Source: Hemiscyllium ocellatum (taxonomy: Eukaryota). Taken from it: a stretch of DNA of 64,000 bases. The stretch lies in contig NC_083424.1 of assembly GCF_020745735.1 (NCBI RefSeq), positions 48,718,999 through 48,782,998 on the forward strand. Direction: 5' to 3'. The notes beneath the pieces were generated by a model, which saw only the letters and a list, made by a program, of their open reading frames with translations, was not told the DNA's origin and did not search any database. The first letter of the stretch is position 1. Each line of letters begins with the position of its first letter. The translations under genes and the position numbers were made by a program. This document shows, one piece after another, positions 59,607-64,000 of this stretch.

Positions 59607-62600
59607 AACTTACATTGCTGTCTGACTCATCAGTGAATCTGCACAGCTACTGCCTTTGCTGTTTGATTTCAGGTATTTCTGGACATCGGAGTGCATCTAA
59701 GAAAATTTAACAAACCATGAAATTCACAGCTGACCTTGGAGGAACCTCTGTGAGAAAGCTCACAGCACAGGATCAGTTAAGTGCATGATTGTTAAGTATA
59801 ACCCTGTCTTTTTTCAATAGTGTGTGGTTTCTTTTTGGTTATATGTTTTATTAAGATCTGTCTCTCGATTAAAATTTAAAAATACAAACCAAAGGTACTA
59901 AGTTAACCTGGAACAGTGATTTTTAGAGCTGTTAAAGTGCAAAGATGGCCTTGAGTAGAGTGATGTGCACTTCTTGTCAGATGTGGGAGATTAGGGAGAG
60001 TTTCCATGTTACTGATGATTATGTCTGTGGGAAGTATGTTTGGCTGTGAATTATATCAGAACTTATGGATTGGTTGGAGCAGCAGTTAGAAGCAATGAGG
60101 AATTTAAAGGAGCTAGGGAGTGTAATGCATCACAGTGACAAGAAGGAAGATACAGTCAAGTAAATGGGTTACCACCAGGAATGGTGGGAGAGGGAGGCAG
60201 GTAGTGCAGAGCCTCCTGTGGCTATCCCCATCTCAAACAATTATGCTGTTTTGAAAAATGTGTGGGTTGATAGACTCTCAGGGGAATGTATCATGAACAG
60301 CCAAGTTTCTGGTACAAAGACTGGCTCAAATATAATGAGGGGTATATCAGGTTCCAAGTGATCGATTGTGATGGGGACTCTCTCGTCAGAGGCACAGACA
60401 GATGTTTCTGCGGCCGACAGCAAGAAATCAGAATTATGTGTCGCCTCGCTGGTGCCAGGATCAAGGATATCTCGGAGAGAATGCAGAATATTCTGAAAGG
60501 GGAGTGGGACCAGCAGGAGGTTGTTGTACACATTAGAACTAATGACATAGGAAGGAAAAAGGATGAGATTCTGGAGGGAGAATATAGGAAGCTAGACAGG
60601 AATTTAAAAACGAGGTCCTCAATGATAATAATATCTGGAATACTACCAGTGCTACAAGCTAGTGAGGGTAGGAATAGGAGGGGAGAGCAGATGAGTGCAT
60701 GGCTGAGGAGCCAGTGACGGGAGAAAGGTTCACATTTTTAGATCATTGGAATCTCTTCTGGCCTAGCAGTGACCTGTATGAGAAGGACCGATTACACCTG
60801 AATTGGAAGGGGACTAATGCTGGAAGGTAGATTGGCTAGAGTTGCTTGGGAGGATTTAAACTAGTAAGGTGGGGAGGAATGGGACCCAGCAAAGAGATGA
60901 GTCTGAGACTGGTACAGTTATGAAAGGGAGCAAGTCAGACAGTCAGGAACAAAGCAGAGAATAAGATAAATTAAACTGCATTTATTTAAATGCAAGAAGC
61001 AAACCAAGGAAGGCAGATGAACTCAGGGCACGGTTACGAACATGGGACTAGGGGATCATAGCAATTACAGAGATGTGGTTCAGGGATGGACAGGACTGAA
61101 AGCATAATGTTCTAGCATACAAATGCTTTAGGAAGGATAGTAAGGGTGGGGGCAAGAGAGGAGGGGGAATGGCATTTTTGATAAGGGATAGCATTACAGC
61201 TGTATTGAGAGGATATTCCCGGAAATACATCCAGGGAAGCTACTTGGGTGAAACTGAGAAATAAGAGAGACTTGATTATCTTATAGGGATTGTACTATAG
61301 ATCCCCAATAGTCTGCAGGAACTTGAGAAATAAATTTGTTAGGAGATCGCAGTTATCTTAAGAATAATGGGTGGTAATGATAGGGAATTTTAACTTTCCA
61401 AACATTGACTAGTGTTAAGAGTTTAGCTGGCGAGGAATTTGTTAAGTGCATACAACAAAACTTTCTGAGTCAGTATGTGGATGTACCTACTACAGAAGGT
61501 ACAAAACTTGACCCAGTCTTGGGTAATAAGGTAGGACAGGTGACTGAGGTGTCAGTGGGGAAGCACTTTGGGGCTAGTGACCATCATTCTATTCATTTTA
61601 AAATAACAATGGAAAAGGATAGACAGGATCTAAATGTTAAAGTTCTAAATTGAAGGAAGGTCAATTTTGATTGTTAAAGCGTTAACTTTCAAAAGTTGAT
61701 TGGGGATGTATGTTCATAGGTAAGGGGACAGCTGGAAATTGGGAAGCCTTCAAAAATGAGATAATGAGTGTCCAGAGATAGTATATTCCTGCTAGGGTGA
61801 AAAGAAAGTCTGGTAGGTGTAGGGAATGCTGGATGACTCTAGAAATTGAGGATTCGGTCAAGAAAAAGAAGGAAGTACATGTCAGGTAAAGACAGGATAA
61901 ATCGAGTGAATCCTTGGAAGAGTATAAAGGCAGTAGGTGTACACTTATGAGGGAAATCAGAAGGGCAAAAAGGGGATGTGAGATAGCTTTGGCAAATAGG
62001 ATTAAGAAGAATCCAAAGGGATTTTATAAATACTTTATGACAAAAGGGTAACTAGGGAGAGAATATGGCCCATAAAGATCAGCAAGACAGCTTATATGTG
62101 GAACTGCAGGAGATGGGGGAAACACTAAATGAGTATTTTGTATCAGTGTTTACTGTGGAAAAGAGATTGGAAAATACAGAATGTGGGGAAATAGATGGTG
62201 ACATCTTGAAAAATGTCCATTATTATAGGGGAGGAGGTACTGGATGTCTTGAAATGCATAAAGGTGGATACATCCCCAGGACCTAATCAGGCATACGCTA
62301 GAACTCTATGGGAAGCTAGGGAAGTGATTGCTGGGTACCTTGCTGGGATAATTAGATCATGGATAATCACAGGTGACATGTCAGAAGACTGGATGTTGCC
62401 TAACGTGGTGCCACTATTTAAGAAAGGTGATCAGGAAAAGCCAAGGAACTATAGACCAGTGAACCTGACATCACTAGCGGGCATGTTGTTGGAGGAATCC
62501 TGAGAGACAGGATTTAAATGTATTTGGAGAGGAAAGGACAGATTAGGGATAGTCAACATGGCTATGTATGTGGGAAATCATGTCTCACTAACTTGACTGA

Positions 62601-63420
62601 GTTTTTTGAAGAAGTAACAAAAAATATTGATGAGGGCAGAGCAGTGGGCGTGATCTATATGGACTTCGGTAAAGTGTTCAACAAGGTTCTTCGTGGGAGA
62701 CTGGTTAGCAAGATTAGGTGTAATGGAATACAGGGAGGACTAGCCATTTGGATACTGAACTAGCTTGAAGGTAGAAGACAGAGGGTGGTGGTGGAAGGTT
62801 GCTTTCCAGACTGGAGGCCTGTGACCAGTGGTGTGCCAGAAGGATCAGTACTGGGTCCATTGCTTTTCGTCATTTATATAAATGAATTGGATGTGAACAT
62901 AGGAGGTATAGTTAGTAAGTGTGCAGATAACACCAAAATTGGAGGTGTGGTTGACAACAAAGAAGCTTACCTCAGAGTACAACAGAATCTTGAGCAGATG
63001 GCCCAATGGGCTGAGGAGTTGGCAGATGGAGTTTAATTAAGATAAGTGTGAAGTGCTGCATTTTGGAACGGCGTATCAAGGTAAGGTTTATACACTTCAT
63101 GGTAAGGTCCTGAGGAATGTTGCTAAACAAAGAGACCTTGGAGTGCAGGTTCGTAGTTCCTTGAAAATAGAATCTCCAGTAGATAGGATAGTGAAGGAGG
63201 CGTTTAGTATGCTTTCCTTTATTGGTCAGAGCATTGAGTATAGGAGTTGGGAGGTCATGTTGCAGCTGTACAGGACACCGGTTAGGCCACTTTTGGAATA
63301 GTATGTGCAATTCTGGTCTCCCTCCTATAGGAAAGGTGTTATGAAACTTGAAAGGATTCAGAAAAGATTTACAATGATGCTGCCATGGTTGAATGATTTC
63401 AGTTCTGGGAGAGGCTAAAT
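59560..63420 (+). mobile_element. Near full-length decayed CR1 LINE (5' UTR with (GA)n, ORF1, ORF2)
   Basis: ORF1 from ATG 59945 (CTSC zinc finger; esterase 60286-60717 GDSLVRGTDRCFCG), endonuclease 61405-61653, RT 62518-63036 (SQHGYVCGKSCLTNL..SGVPEGSVLGP..KCADNTK). Confidence 0.9.
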
Positions 63421-63722
63421 AGAATAATAAAATTCCTACAGGGTGGGAACAGGCCCTTCAGCCCAACAAATCGACACCCACCCTCCGAAGAGTAACCCAC
63501 CCAAACCTGTTCCCCTATCCTATTACTCTACATTTACCCCTGACTAATGCACCTAACCCGCACATCCCTGAACACTATGGGAAAGTTAGCAAGGCCAATT
63601 CACTTAACCTGCACATCTTTGGATTGTGGGAGGAAACCGGAGCACCAGAGGTAACTCCCCCAGACATGGGGAGAATGTACAAACTCCACACAGACAGTCG
63701 CCCGAGGCTGGAATCGAACCCT
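63420..63722 (-). mobile_element. HE1-type SINE lacking most of the head
   Basis: Collinear with 53580-53820. Confidence 0.85.
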
Positions 63723-64000
63723 AAGGGAAATTGTCCAGTCAAATTTCAATGGTGGGATGAGTGTAGAGTATGTCCCAAACTTGTACCCACACTCTAATTC
63801 TGCCCTGGAAGACTGATGGTCCTTAGTTTTGTCCAGTCTTCTGTTGTAACTATGGTAGGGGACCAGACAGAATATGGAAGAAAAAAAATGAGTCAGTGGC
63901 CATGTTGCTTCGCTGAGAATTCATCCAAGAAACCCCACTGCCCTTTCATGGAAAATCCAGGCGAGTGATGGTGGCTATGAAACCAGAACTCTCACCTTTA

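Overview
Repeat-rich eukaryotic genomic DNA, almost certainly from an elasmobranch (shark). This is inferred from HE1-type SINEs, HER1/CR1 LINEs and a germline-joined type II (lambda) Ig light-chain cluster. Host genes: (1) a complete, apparently intact germline-joined IgL lambda gene (leader 747-795, fused VJ 934-1275, C 4066-4388, octamer promoter); (2) a second germline-joined L-VJ pseudogene (27281-27837) with no C exon that I could find; (3) GP1BB (platelet/thrombocyte glycoprotein Ib beta) on the minus strand (38372-38971). Most of the rest is CR1-group LINEs (two near full length but decayed), an RTE fragment, Penelope-like elements (PLEs), SINEs and two solo-LTR-like copies. The strongest second-look items are a 1.26-kb, essentially loop-less palindrome just 3' of the IgL gene, centred on two back-to-back PLE hammerhead-ribozyme motifs; at least four hammerhead-bearing terminus families across the window; a tandem trimer of a Tx1-like LINE 3' end carrying the apparent target-site duplication at every junction; and the IgL-GP1BB linkage, which mirrors human 22q11. 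All alignments and family calls were made by eye; no database search was run, and repeat boundaries are approximate.
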